Shown here: positions 37,106 to 46,916 of the stretch, in pieces | How the letters are laid out: each line of letters starts with the position of its first letter | Position numbering within the stretch: position 1 is the first letter of the stretch | Assembly (NCBI GenBank): GCA_012798115.1 | Contig: JAAZNV010000009.1 | Coordinates: 10,156 to 74,155, forward strand | Reading direction: 5' to 3' | Source: a candidate division WWE3 bacterium | Lineage (GTDB): Bacteria; Patescibacteriota; WWE3; UBA101185; UBA10185 | DNA length: 64,000 nt | Program-made: the position numbers and the translations under genes | The notes under the pieces: model-generated | What the model saw: the letters and a program-made list of their open reading frames with translations, nothing else | Database searches by the model: none | What the model was told of the DNA's origin: nothing

Positions 37106-38770
37106 TCACAACGACTCTGTTTCCGTCTCCACTAAATTTATAGATTCTGTAGTTAAATTAGTCTTTGAAACTCGAACCTTTTTTAAGAGTTTATAGAAAA
37201 GTTCAACTTCTTCTACTTTTAGTAAGCTTGTTATTAAAAGGTAGGCACTCATTCCAATAACACCTGCAGTTATTGTTAATGCTATTAAGTTTATTGTTCT
37301 TGTTGTATCAAAAACAAATTCATCTAAGAATCTCATTGGAATATAAAGCATAATACCCATAAATGCTGTAGACCAAGCTATTTTGGTGAAAGGAATAATT
37401 AGTCGTTTTTTGTCAAACCCGCCAACCTTTCTATCAAGTAGGAATAAAAGTACACCCATGTCTATTAAGGAAGTAATTGAATATGCAAAAGCTATTGACC
37501 AAACCCCAAACTTTAAATGAGTAACAAAAGTTAAGGAAACTAAAACATTAATTATAGCTGTGGATATATTTACAATAACAGGTGTAAGGGTGTCTTTTAA
37601 AGCATAGTAAGCTCTTGTTATTAAATAGTTTGCACTTTGAGCAAAAATTGCAATGCTAAAAAAGGCTAATGTATGAGCTGTCTTTATTGTGGCTTCCCAT
37701 GGGAAATTATGAACTCCATAAACAATTCTAACCACTGGAACCCTCAGTATTAAAAGAATCATACTGACGGGCATAACTAGATACATCATTTGATGAAGGG
37801 ATGTTAAGAAAGTTTCTTTGTATTTTTCTTTGTCTTCTTCTACCCCTTCTGCTGAAAGTGTTGGTAAGCTTGCAGAAGCCATTGATATTCCAAATAGGGT
37901 AATAGGCAACGTCTGGAGCTGATCCGCGAATTTTAGATATATTACAGAAGATGTGGAGACTAGAATAGCTAGACTGTTGTTTATTGTTTGAGTCAAGTTT
38001 GATATTAAGACGGAAACTATCCTTGGGGGCACAAGAGCAGTTACCTTTTTGAAATTGCTATTCTTTAAGTTTAAAGAAGGCGAAAATCTAAACCCTGTTT
38101 TCTTAAGCAATGGAAGCTGAATCCCAAGGTGAAGTACAGATCCTACCGCAACTCCTACTGCAGGTCCATATATTCCCATACTCTTGGATAAGAAGAAAAT
38201 TCCTCCTATCATTCCTAAGTTGTACATAACAGGTGCTAAAGCAGGAATTGCAAAGAAGCTAAAAGATTGAAGGATACTTGTAGATAAGCTTCCTGCAACT
38301 AACAAGGTTTGGGATGCTAACATTATTCTCATTAAATCAACTCCAAGACTTATCTCTTTGTTAGTGAAGTTTCCCACTGATAGTAGCTTAATGATTTGAG
38401 GTGCAAAAATAAACATGATTATCCCTATGAATATGAAGAATGATAAGGTAGCGTTTATTATTGATGACGCCATATTGAAAGCTTCTTCTTTATCTATCTT
38501 TAACAGCCCAGTAAATACTGGTATGAATACTGTTGATATAGCTCCTACTACTAAAACTGAGTATATAAGGTTTGGAATTCTGTCTGCTGTGTAAAAGACG
38601 GCAAGTTCATTTGATATACCAAAGTTTGAAGCTAAAAGCCTTGTTTTAACAAATCCTAAAATTGCACTTATCCCACTGGCTAAGGACAAGATTAATGTTG
38701 CTGATAAAATAGTATTTTGCGTTTTGAAAAGAAATACATTTATTGGTTTTTGTTTTATCTTAAGTTGCAT
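37106..38770 (-). CDS. murJ: Lipid II flippase MurJ/MviN
   Basis: 'RIPNLIYS', 'FIPVF', 'ASLPTLS', 'RAYYALKDTLTPV'. Confidence 0.95.
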   Translation of the reverse strand: MQLKIKQKPINVFLFKTQNTILSATLILSLASGISAILGFVKTRLLASNFGISNELAVFYTADRIPNLIYSVLVVGAISTVFIPVFTGLLKIDKEEAFNMASSIINATLSFFIFIGIIMFIFAPQIIKLLSVGNFTNKEISLGVDLMRIMLASQTLLVAGSLSTSILQSFSFFAIPALAPVMYNLGMIGGIFFLSKSMGIYGPAVGVAVGSVLHLGIQLPLLKKTGFRFSPSLNLKNSNFKKVTALVPPRIVSVLISNLTQTINNSLAILVSTSSVIYLKFADQLQTLPITLFGISMASASLPTLSAEGVEEDKEKYKETFLTSLHQMMYLVMPVSMILLILRVPVVRIVYGVHNFPWEATIKTAHTLAFFSIAIFAQSANYLITRAYYALKDTLTPVIVNISTAIINVLVSLTFVTHLKFGVWSIAFAYSITSLIDMGVLLFLLDRKVGGFDKKRLIIPFTKIAWSTAFMGIMLYIPMRFLDEFVFDTTRTINLIALTITAGVIGMSAYLLITSLLKVEEVELFYKLLKKVRVSKTNLTTESINLVETETESL

Positions 38771-38833
38771 TTTTCTTCAGGAGGTAAAATCTCTTTTTAC
38801 TTCATCGCAGTTATGTTATTATACATCCCGAAC

Positions 38834-39163
38834 ATGGCAAATACTAAGTCTGCAAAAAAGAATATTAGAGCTTCTTTAAAGAAGAGATCCCACAATAATA
38901 TGTGGGAGAAGAGATTTAAGAATGCAATCAAGTCCCTTTCCAGGTCAATAAAGGAAAAGGAAGAAGAAGGTGTTGTAAAGGAGAAACTTAAGGTTCTTCA
39001 AAAGGTGTTGGATAAAGCTTCAAAAGAAAAAGTTATTCATAAGAATAAAGCAAATAGAGTAAAATCAAAATATGCTCTTAAAGTTTCTGCCCTTTTCTCA
39101 AAAGAAGGAGAAAAACCAAAACTTAAACCTGAAAGAAAGTCTTCAAAGTCAAAAGCAAAATGA
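38834..39163 (+). CDS. rpsT: 30S ribosomal protein S20 with C-terminal extension
   Basis: 'MANTKSAKKNIR', 'LDKASKEKVIHKNKANRVKS'. Confidence 0.95.
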   Translation: MANTKSAKKNIRASLKKRSHNNMWEKRFKNAIKSLSRSIKEKEEEGVVKEKLKVLQKVLDKASKEKVIHKNKANRVKSKYALKVSALFSKEGEKPKLKPERKSSKSKAK

Positions 39164-39737
39164 AGCGTTTCTTAACTTAGGTTTGAACCTCCTTTCTAGT
39201 ACTGATACTACTAATTCTAATAACCCTAGTATCCTTAAGAATAAAAAGATTAAGTTCATTTCTGATGACTCTGATGAGGTGGTGCCTTTCTTTAAAAAAC
39301 TTATTCTCTGTTTATGTATTATCTTTTCGGTTGTGATCATCCTTAACCTTTTAACGACTCAGATTATTAAGTCTCTTAAGGTAAAACAAGATAGTTTGAT
39401 ACGACAAGTACAAAGTTACTCTGAGATTGAAAAGTCAGCAAAATACGTTGATAAAAGAGTTTCTTATTACAAGAAAATCCTTTCACAAAGAGAAAGTATG
39501 TCTCCTAGGTTGGATTTTATCTTAAGTAATACTGACGAAAGTATATATATAAAAGATGCTAGATATTCGTTAAGTAGCTTTAGCATTTTTGCAGAAGGTC
39601 CTAATGCTTATACGTTCACAAATTTAATATCTAAATATTTGAGTGGAGGTGTTGTATCTGAAATCTCAATTAAAGGAGCTAGGTTGAATACAAGAACTGG
39701 AATGTTTGAAGTCGATATGGAAGGGAGGTTTAAATGA
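39072..39737 (+). CDS. PilN-like type IV pilus alignment protein
   Basis: 'LNLL' motif, TM, coiled coil, then a small alpha/beta domain; upstream of a PilO-like gene. Confidence 0.55.
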   Translation: MLLKFLPFSQKKEKNQNLNLKESLQSQKQNEAFLNLGLNLLSSTDTTNSNNPSILKNKKIKFISDDSDEVVPFFKKLILCLCIIFSVVIILNLLTTQIIKSLKVKQDSLIRQVQSYSEIEKSAKYVDKRVSYYKKILSQRESMSPRLDFILSNTDESIYIKDARYSLSSFSIFAEGPNAYTFTNLISKYLSGGVVSEISIKGARLNTRTGMFEVDMEGRFK

Positions 39738-40291
39738 AAGAAAAGTTTAATCTAGTTGTAAGCAATTTAAAAAGAGTGTTATCAAATAGTGATCTATCTT
39801 ACAAGATATATATGGTTTTTGCTATACTAACGTTTATTTTGATTGGTGTGTTTGGAATTGTTCCTTCCTCTAAGGTTTTTATTGCAAATATAAAGTTAGC
39901 TATAGATATGAACAAGAGTAATAGTATGCTTTCTAGTAAATTAGTTGAATTAAAGAAAGTTGAAGGTGATCTAAAAGCTGTGGAAGATAGCATCTTCTTC
40001 CTTGAAAATTACCTTCCAGAACAATTCAATGTTCAAGATTATATTGTTGATTTTGTTTTTTCATCTGGAGAAACAGATTTTTCAATAGATAGAGTTACAC
40101 CTGTAAAAGAAGCAGGAGATGTTATTAATTTAGCCATTGTGTTTGTTGGTAACGGTAATCCAGTTGAGTTGGTTAATATTTTGGAATCTCTAAATAGAGT
40201 TACTGAAATACAAGATCTTAAGGTGTCACAAAACGAAGGATATACAACTTTAAGCATGTTGGTTAAAACGTTTATTATGGAAAAACAATGA
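39734..40291 (+). CDS. PilO-like protein
   Basis: TM, coiled coil, 'YLPEQ', 'LESLNRVTEIQDL'. Confidence 0.65.
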   Translation: MKEKFNLVVSNLKRVLSNSDLSYKIYMVFAILTFILIGVFGIVPSSKVFIANIKLAIDMNKSNSMLSSKLVELKKVEGDLKAVEDSIFFLENYLPEQFNVQDYIVDFVFSSGETDFSIDRVTPVKEAGDVINLAIVFVGNGNPVELVNILESLNRVTEIQDLKVSQNEGYTTLSMLVKTFIMEKQ

Positions 40292-40473
40292 AAGACTTTA
40301 TTAAAATTTTAATTGCATTTATAACAGTTTTACTTCTTTGGGCAGCAATAGGTGTGAAAAAGCTAGATAGGAATAATTTTCTTTCTTCTTCAACTCTTGA
40401 CATGTCCCGTCCTCTAAATGTTACTATAGATGTAGAGTTTATTAATAAGTTAAATCCTGCCTATGGAAAATAG
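40288..40473 (+). CDS. Small single-TM protein (PilP position)
   Basis: 61 aa; ATGA overlap with the pilO-like gene. Confidence 0.6.
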   Translation: MKDFIKILIAFITVLLLWAAIGVKKLDRNNFLSSSTLDMSRPLNVTIDVEFINKLNPAYGK

Positions 40474-40927
40474 TAGTTTTAGTGTAAAAGAAAATGCTGG
40501 AAAAAGTTTTAAAACATTTGTTTTAACTTTATCTGTTTCTCTTATTATCTTTAGTGTTGTTTATTATGTGATGAGTGTTAACTCATCTAACCAAGAATCT
40601 TTTGATAATTCTTTAAGTGATAATGTGGTTGAGAAAGAAGTAAAAGGAGTAGAGCAAAAGTCAGTATTTAATGAGATTGCTAGCAAAGATCCAGGGGTAC
40701 AAGCAAAGGAGGTCTTAGCAGGTTCTACTGTTGCTACAACAGCAGAGGTTCAGCAAACAACTCAAAGTGCAGCAGATCTTCAAACTGGAACTTTCAGCAT
40801 AACTGCTGGATTGTTCATTGCTTTGATAATATTTTTGTCTACTCTTGTCTTTGTTTTAAACAACCCTAGGAAACTAGCTTTATCTTCTTTTGAAAAGAAT
40901 GCTTTAAGAGACGTTGAAGAGAAGTAG
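40463..40927 (+). CDS. Two-TM protein with LPxTG-like sorting signal
   Basis: 'DLQTG' + hydrophobic helix + 'PRK'. Confidence 0.6.
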   Translation: MENSSFSVKENAGKSFKTFVLTLSVSLIIFSVVYYVMSVNSSNQESFDNSLSDNVVEKEVKGVEQKSVFNEIASKDPGVQAKEVLAGSTVATTAEVQQTTQSAADLQTGTFSITAGLFIALIIFLSTLVFVLNNPRKLALSSFEKNALRDVEEK

Positions 40928-40938
40928 TTTTGGAATAA

Positions 40939-40969
40939 AAAGAGCTGAAGTTTTTGTTTTCAGCTCTTT
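40939..40969. terminator. Bidirectional terminator
   Basis: 11-bp stem AAAGAGCTGAA/TTCAGCTCTTT. Confidence 0.8.
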
Positions 40970-40977
40970 GCCAAGAT

Positions 40978-41397
40978 TTAAATGTTTGTAGATACCGCAA
41001 ACTTTTCCAGTGCATTTTTGAGAGACATCCACACGTTGTTCTTGCCATCATAGAACGTGAGGAACAAATGTGGGAACTGCTTGACATACCAGTTTAGATC
41101 CTCTTCTGAAGTCGCTTCTCCCACCCACATTGCGTTCTTATGAGATCTTAGTTCTTTCTCTGACTGGAAGCCGTAAACTGAAACGAAAGGTCTGTTATCC
41201 AATCCACTTTTGAACAGCCTTTCGTCTTGTCTGTTTGTGGCAGGAAGACGAGGGCCAAAATAGTATCTTCCACATTTTTCGCATGGATAAGCACATGAAT
41301 ATGAGGAACATCCTGTTTGGAGGACTACGCGATCCTCACTAGAAGGATTTACATATCCATCACACCCAGGCATTTTACATACAAATTTCTCACTCAT
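40978..41397 (-). CDS. Orphan Cys-containing (possible Zn-binding) protein
   Basis: CKMPGC...CEKC; TTGACA-N17-TACAAT promoter (41457-41429) and AAGGAG SD. Confidence 0.75.
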   Translation of the reverse strand: MSEKFVCKMPGCDGYVNPSSEDRVVLQTGCSSYSCAYPCEKCGRYYFGPRLPATNRQDERLFKSGLDNRPFVSVYGFQSEKELRSHKNAMWVGEATSEEDLNWYVKQFPHLFLTFYDGKNNVWMSLKNALEKFAVSTNI

Positions 41398-41497
41398 TTT
41401 CTCTCCTTTAGATGTTTTTGTTCTGATGATTGTACCTTACCTTGGCAACGTTGTCAAACACTACAGGTTCTTGGAGTAATAGTTAAATAATACATAT

Positions 41498-42211
41498 TTA
41501 TTCTAAAAGAGAAGCTTTGACTAGTAATCTTTTTGTTTTTGTTCCTGCTGGCCAACAGGTCATTAAGCTGACCGTTGATTCATTTAAGTACCCTGGTTTC
41601 CAGTTTTCAAGTGGGTTTACTTGGTTTGGATAAAATACCTCTTTTTCCTCAACCTTGTAGCTTAAGTCCTTATTGTTGTACTTGATAGTGAACATATCTC
41701 CTGCTTCTAAATCTCCAAGGGTAGAAAATATTGTTTTATAGTTTCTTGGGTTATAAAACCATGGGAGAACAGAATGACCATATATGAAAGAATTGCCTTT
41801 TTCACCAGGAAGACTTGATCCTTTATAGTGTCCTAAAAATTCTTCTGGACTTGAACCTGTAAAATCTGTTTTAACTTTTGCGTTTTCTATTTTCAGCTTA
41901 GGTATGGAAAGAAAAAAGAATTCAGGGACGTTTTGTTCTTCTGCTTCTATATTTTTGTTATCTTTTAACTCTGAGAAGCTAAAGTCCTTGAATCCTGTAG
42001 CTACACCAAGAACTGTAGACTCCATTGGTTTGGACACTTTATCTTGTGTTTTAAATGATACAAGTGGAAGAATAACTTGAGTTCCAAGTACAAAAAACCC
42101 AAGGGCCATAAGTGCCCCAGACAATATCCTTGCTTTAAAGAGGAATGGAAAATTTACAGACTTGTAAATTGGATCAAAGGATTCATTTTTAATATATACT
42201 TTTTTAGGCAT
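41498..42211 (-). CDS. Sortase
   Basis: 'IPKL', 'GNSFIYGHS', 'SLMTCWP...KRL' (His/Cys/Arg triad). Confidence 0.92.
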   Translation of the reverse strand: MPKKVYIKNESFDPIYKSVNFPFLFKARILSGALMALGFFVLGTQVILPLVSFKTQDKVSKPMESTVLGVATGFKDFSFSELKDNKNIEAEEQNVPEFFFLSIPKLKIENAKVKTDFTGSSPEEFLGHYKGSSLPGEKGNSFIYGHSVLPWFYNPRNYKTIFSTLGDLEAGDMFTIKYNNKDLSYKVEEKEVFYPNQVNPLENWKPGYLNESTVSLMTCWPAGTKTKRLLVKASLLE

Positions 42212-42213
42212 TG

Positions 42214-42915
42214 TTAAGAGTTTAACACTGTTTCTATAGCCATTGGAATTATCAATTCTTCATCTATTTCACTAAGTTTTGATCTCATATCTATTTTTCT
42301 GAATTCCTCAAATATACTTACTAATTGTTTAGTTGTATAAAGATTAGCTTGGGATAAAGACTTCCTTTTAACAAAGTCATGTAGTTTAACAAATGAAGGG
42401 GATCCGAACTTTGCTGAAGCAATTGATCTTAATCCATAAAAAAACAAAGAAAATATTTCATATGGGGAGATTTGATCAGATATTAACTTTGAAAGTTCAT
42501 TGTATGCATTTTCTCTTTGTTTATAAAATACAAAGTCCACAAGTTTAAATGTACTACTGGTAGGGATAGCGTCATTTAGATTTGTTTTTGCCTTCAGTTT
42601 TGCTGCATTTTTGATGAAAGCATTTGTTTTAGGAAGGGACTTTGCAGACAAAATTATTAATGTCGTAGATAAAGGTAGCTTAGTTATTACTTCAATAAAC
42701 TTATCCATATTCATTCTTCCTGCTGAAGTTATGTCAATAACAATAAAAGGTGGGTTTCCAAATAAGTCGCTAGAATGACCTTTCTCATACAAATCTTCTG
42801 GTGTTATATCACTAATATTTACTTCTATCCTAGATTCAATGTTTAGTTTCTTTTGTTGATTTTGAATTAATGCCCTTGATTTAGGAAGATCATCCCCATG
42901 AACTATGTAAATCAT
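42214..42915 (-). CDS. holA: DNA polymerase III delta subunit (short CPR type)
   Basis: 'MIYIVHGDD', 'SSDLFG', C-terminal 'IDMRSK'. Confidence 0.75.
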   Translation of the reverse strand: MIYIVHGDDLPKSRALIQNQQKKLNIESRIEVNISDITPEDLYEKGHSSDLFGNPPFIVIDITSAGRMNMDKFIEVITKLPLSTTLIILSAKSLPKTNAFIKNAAKLKAKTNLNDAIPTSSTFKLVDFVFYKQRENAYNELSKLISDQISPYEIFSLFFYGLRSIASAKFGSPSFVKLHDFVKRKSLSQANLYTTKQLVSIFEEFRKIDMRSKLSEIDEELIIPMAIETVLNS

Positions 42916-42950
42916 ATTTTTATTTTAACTTATAACTTGAAATTGAATAG

Positions 42951-44060
42951 CTACTTATCACCAAACAAATATTTTTGGACATAAGCATGTATTTGAGAAA
43001 AATCTCCAGTTTGGGGAATGAGAACGTAAGCACCACCATAAAGTGTTGAATCTACAGGGTGATACAAAAGTCCACCGCTGTTAGCATCACTTCTATCATC
43101 TAATACGATAGATTCTATCTTACTAAGATCTAGTTTTTGAGATAGCATGTAAAAGTTTTCCAGCGTCTGAAAATCAATATTTGTGTCTACGTTTTGTGCA
43201 TAGGCATCATACAGTCCTTTTATCTTTGCAGGACTGAGAACAGTTTCAAGAGAAAAAATCTTATCTTTTATTGCAGAAATGACTTTTTGTTGTCTTTTTG
43301 CTCTTGCAAAATCCGTATTCTCATCATTATCTCCATGCCTAGATCTAGCGTACTTTAAAGCTGTCTTACCATCCATCTTTTGCAGTCCAGATTTAAACTC
43401 AACGCGTTCAAATCTGCAAGGAAAGTCATATTCACTTATCTTGTCTCCAAGTTTTTTTATCTCTTCTTCATTCTTTCCACAAGTATCATTTTCCTTTCCT
43501 TCTATTGGGTAAAAGTTATCGACAAAAGCATTTTCCACATTAACTTCAATGCCATTTAAGACTTCTATTGCTTGTTCAAATAAGTTAAACGTTACAAGTA
43601 TGTGGTAGTGTATTGGTATTCCCATCACTTTTTCTATTTGTTCTTTTAAACCATCTATTCCTTTGTAGGCATAAACTGCGTTTATCTTTGTTTGATAGTC
43701 ACTAACCCATAAATCTCTAGGCAAGGAAATTAATACCACATCGTTTTCTGTTGTTCCTATTGATGCAACAAGAATAGTGTCCGTTAATGTAGCCCTTCCT
43801 TGTTCTGCTCCTACATCTCTTTTGTCTGATCCAAGGACAAGTATATTTATTCTCCCATCTGTTTCTTTAAGGTTTGCAGCTGCTACATTTGAAACAATAG
43901 ATATTGGATTGAATGTTTGTTTAATTCTGCCTCTAAAAACATATAAGGAGGCACCTATTACACAAAGTACAACTAAAAGCAGGATAAACTTTACTAATCC
44001 TTTATTGTTTACCTCTTTTCTTAAGATACTTTTTTGTTTGTATATGTCTGTATAGTTCAT
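42951..44060 (-). CDS. LCP (LytR/CpsA/Psr) family protein
   Basis: 'NILVLGSD', 'TDTI', 'SLPRDLWV', 'ARSRHG..DFARAKRQQ'. Confidence 0.95.
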   Translation of the reverse strand: MNYTDIYKQKSILRKEVNNKGLVKFILLLVVLCVIGASLYVFRGRIKQTFNPISIVSNVAAANLKETDGRINILVLGSDKRDVGAEQGRATLTDTILVASIGTTENDVVLISLPRDLWVSDYQTKINAVYAYKGIDGLKEQIEKVMGIPIHYHILVTFNLFEQAIEVLNGIEVNVENAFVDNFYPIEGKENDTCGKNEEEIKKLGDKISEYDFPCRFERVEFKSGLQKMDGKTALKYARSRHGDNDENTDFARAKRQQKVISAIKDKIFSLETVLSPAKIKGLYDAYAQNVDTNIDFQTLENFYMLSQKLDLSKIESIVLDDRSDANSGGLLYHPVDSTLYGGAYVLIPQTGDFSQIHAYVQKYLFGDK

Positions 44061-44068
44061 GGTTGATT

Positions 44069-44734
44069 TTAGTTATAAGTCCTAATTATATCTGCAAAAG
44101 TTTTAGGATCAAGACTTGCATTTCCAACTAAAACTCCATTCAAGTTAGTTATTTTGGCTATATGCTCAATATTATTTTCATTCACAGACCCCCCATATAT
44201 TAGTGGGGTATTGCTTGAGATTATCTTTCTAATCTCATTAACTATAAGCACTATCTTGCTTGGATCCTCTGCATTATAAACACCATTTTTTGATATATTA
44301 ACAGGATTTTCCCATGCCATTATTACACCTTCTTTGTGTAGCCTTACTAAATCTTCTGGGTTGGTAAAACAAATGATAGGAGTTATCTTTTCTTTCAAGC
44401 ATATGTCTCTTTTTGCTACTACTACGTTTACTTCTTCTTTTCTTTCACTATGTCCTATAATTGCATATTTGCAGAACTCCTTAACTTGAAATGCACCTGT
44501 TTCTCCAGTGTTTGCACCTTTTTCTTTTAAGGATATATCTTGTGCAGCTACCTTTAACATACTCTTCTTTGAGAGTTCATAAATTACTGGGATAAAAGGA
44601 AAGGATGGTGCAATTATTATTTCATTCTCCGGAGATAAGAATTTAAGAAATCCAGAGAAGCCATCAACCCAAGATATGGTATCTTCAAACCCCATGTTTT
44701 CTTTCCAATTTGCAACTATGTATTTATTTATCAT
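44069..44734 (-). CDS. tpiA: Triosephosphate isomerase (short, divergent)
   Basis: 'ANWK', 'GANTGE', 'IGHSER', 'YGGSV', 'LVGNASL'. Confidence 0.92.
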   Translation of the reverse strand: MINKYIVANWKENMGFEDTISWVDGFSGFLKFLSPENEIIIAPSFPFIPVIYELSKKSMLKVAAQDISLKEKGANTGETGAFQVKEFCKYAIIGHSERKEEVNVVVAKRDICLKEKITPIICFTNPEDLVRLHKEGVIMAWENPVNISKNGVYNAEDPSKIVLIVNEIRKIISSNTPLIYGGSVNENNIEHIAKITNLNGVLVGNASLDPKTFADIIRTYN

Positions 44735-44735
44735 C

Positions 44736-45581
44736 TTAAGATATCCTTCTAATAGTTTCTTCTATCAACTTTGGCAGGTTCTCTATATCTTCATGTGTAT
44801 AACTGTATCCTAATGTATTTAAACACGAAAAAACTACTCCTATGTCCGTATATATTTTATCCGCAAATTGGCAAGCAACAAGACTGTTAATCAAGACGTT
44901 TCCACCAATTTCCCCGATTTTTGATTTGCCACAACCCATTGGACAGTTTGAACATGATGGGTATATTCCCATATCTACACGAAGTTCGTCCTTCTTGGAA
45001 AGAATCTCGTTATATAGCTTTTCATATTCATCAAAGTTTAATGGTTTGTCAATTTCCGTTCCTGTAATAACTACTCCTTTGATGTTTTTTTCGGTAAATA
45101 TTTTTTCAAGAAAGCTTTCTGGGGTAGTGAAGTAATCATCAAGAAGTATCTTATTGTTCTCAAAGTTTATAGCACTTCTTTTCCCAGGAAGTCCTAGTGA
45201 GTCTGTACTTGTTTCTTCTCCAAGGAAGTCTACTTTAGCATTACATATGTCTAGTACAGTTGGTTGATCTGACCTCCCAAATATTGCTATAGCATCTACT
45301 CCTGCAAACCTCATTCTTAACGATAAGCTTCCACCTATGTATATGTCTTCTATTACACCACCATCATTTAAAACTACTGCAGTCTTTGACGCAAAGGGAA
45401 AAAAGCCATTTAGTGGCCCAATAGCAAGCACGACAGGGTTTAAGTCTGAGTACATCTCGTGAAGTTTTATTCCAAGAGCAACACCACCTAGGTATTTGTT
45501 AAGATCTGCAAAGCTTTTTAAATCAGCTTCCTTCTTATTTAAGTCTATTGTTAGTACCTTTTTAGCTAAAAAATCTATCAT
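44736..45581 (-). CDS. Truncated aldehyde:ferredoxin oxidoreductase-family (GOR large subunit-like) protein
   Basis: AOR N-terminal motifs 'YLGGVALG', 'AIGPLNG', 'GGSLSLRMRFAGVDAI', plus CSNCPMGC; only 281 aa. Confidence 0.8.
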   Translation of the reverse strand: MIDFLAKKVLTIDLNKKEADLKSFADLNKYLGGVALGIKLHEMYSDLNPVVLAIGPLNGFFPFASKTAVVLNDGGVIEDIYIGGSLSLRMRFAGVDAIAIFGRSDQPTVLDICNAKVDFLGEETSTDSLGLPGKRSAINFENNKILLDDYFTTPESFLEKIFTEKNIKGVVITGTEIDKPLNFDEYEKLYNEILSKKDELRVDMGIYPSCSNCPMGCGKSKIGEIGGNVLINSLVACQFADKIYTDIGVVFSCLNTLGYSYTHEDIENLPKLIEETIRRIS

Positions 45582-45853
45582 TCTTCGTTTTTTCCTTCTA
45601 TTTCTTCGTGGTTTTCTACCTCAAACACATCTTTAGGACATATCTTTGATATTTTTTCTACATGAAGCATGTTTATTCTAGGATCTATCTCTATTTGCAT
45701 TTCTAACTTTTGGTTATCATCTCTTTTCTTTTTGAATATTCTGATTAAAGCTTCTTCAAGCCCCACCTTTTTTAACTGTCTTTGTGATTCTAGCAAACAC
45801 AATTCACATCCGTTGCATTTATCTGTTTGTGTTGGTTTTAATATCTTAGCCAT
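45578..45853 (-). CDS. 4Fe-4S ferredoxin-like subunit
   Basis: 'KCNGCELC' ... 'ICPKDVF'. Confidence 0.8.
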   Translation of the reverse strand: MAKILKPTQTDKCNGCELCLLESQRQLKKVGLEEALIRIFKKKRDDNQKLEMQIEIDPRINMLHVEKISKICPKDVFEVENHEEIEGKNEE

Positions 45854-45857
45854 ATCT

Positions 45858-46832
45858 TTATGATTCTAGGGCTTTTATTCCTGGCAAGGTATCCTCAGCA
45901 AGGTATTGAAGCATAGCACCTCCACCTGTGGATACAAAGCTAAACTTATTTAGTATTCCTAGTTTGTCTACTGCAGCGATAGTATCGCCGCCGCCTATGA
46001 CAGAAAATACACCTTTTTCTTGAGTCAGTTTAACAGTTTCATTAGCTATTTCCTTTGTACCTGTTATATATTCTTCTTTTTCATACATTCCAAGAGGTCC
46101 TGCCCAAAGTATTGTTTTTGCACTGTTAATTATTTGTTTAAATTTTTCTATTGTTTTTGTATCTATATCTTTAGATTCTACACTACTGTTATCTGATAAA
46201 ACTAAGTTCTGAGGTATTTCTTTACTCCAATTTGCAGAAAGTATTGAGTTTAAAAGTACGTAATCTGCTTTTTGGATAAATTTATCTATCACCGGGAGTT
46301 TACTCTCAAGTTTTATACCGCCAATTATTACAATTAATGGCTTGTCTGGGTTTGTAGTTACTTTGTTTAGTGTTTCAATCTCCTTTTGAAATCTAAATCC
46401 TACGTAAGAAGGTAAATACCTTGTTATTCCAACAATAGAAGTATGTTCTCTATGTGATGTTGCAAAGCTTTCATTTACATATATATCTGCCTTTGAAGCA
46501 AGTTCTTTTGCGAAGTTAGTGTCATTTTGTTCTTCTCTTGAGTCGAATCTTAAGTTCTCCAGTATTTCATATCTACTTTCTCCTATTTTTTCATTAAAGT
46601 ATGGAATTAAATGCTTAGTGCTTAACTCTTCTTTGAATACGCCTTCTGGCTTTCCAATGTGGCCTGCAATTAAAGGAATTCCACCTTTTTCTATGATGAA
46701 TTTAAGTGTAGGAAGAAGGTTATCTAGTCTGTATGTTTCTCTAATAACATTATTTTCTATTGGTACATCAATATCACATCTTACAAATACCTTTGTTCCT
46801 TGTTTGATAGGAGCATCAATTAAAGACTGCAT
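45858..46832 (-). CDS. pgk: Phosphoglycerate kinase (short)
   Basis: 'VRCDIDVP', 'LENLRF', 'GGGDT', 'STGGGA'. Confidence 0.95.
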   Translation of the reverse strand: MQSLIDAPIKQGTKVFVRCDIDVPIENNVIRETYRLDNLLPTLKFIIEKGGIPLIAGHIGKPEGVFKEELSTKHLIPYFNEKIGESRYEILENLRFDSREEQNDTNFAKELASKADIYVNESFATSHREHTSIVGITRYLPSYVGFRFQKEIETLNKVTTNPDKPLIVIIGGIKLESKLPVIDKFIQKADYVLLNSILSANWSKEIPQNLVLSDNSSVESKDIDTKTIEKFKQIINSAKTILWAGPLGMYEKEEYITGTKEIANETVKLTQEKGVFSVIGGGDTIAAVDKLGILNKFSFVSTGGGAMLQYLAEDTLPGIKALES

Positions 46833-46856
46833 GAAGATATTCTAGCATTTATTGGT

Positions 46857-46885
46857 TTGACTTTATAAATTCTTAATAGTATAAC
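46857..46885 (+). promoter_or_regulatory. Promoter of 46917-47570
   Basis: TTGACT-N17-TATAAC, then GGGAG SD. Confidence 0.7.
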
Positions 46886-46916
46886 CAAGAAAAATATTAG
46901 AAAGGGAGATGTTGTC

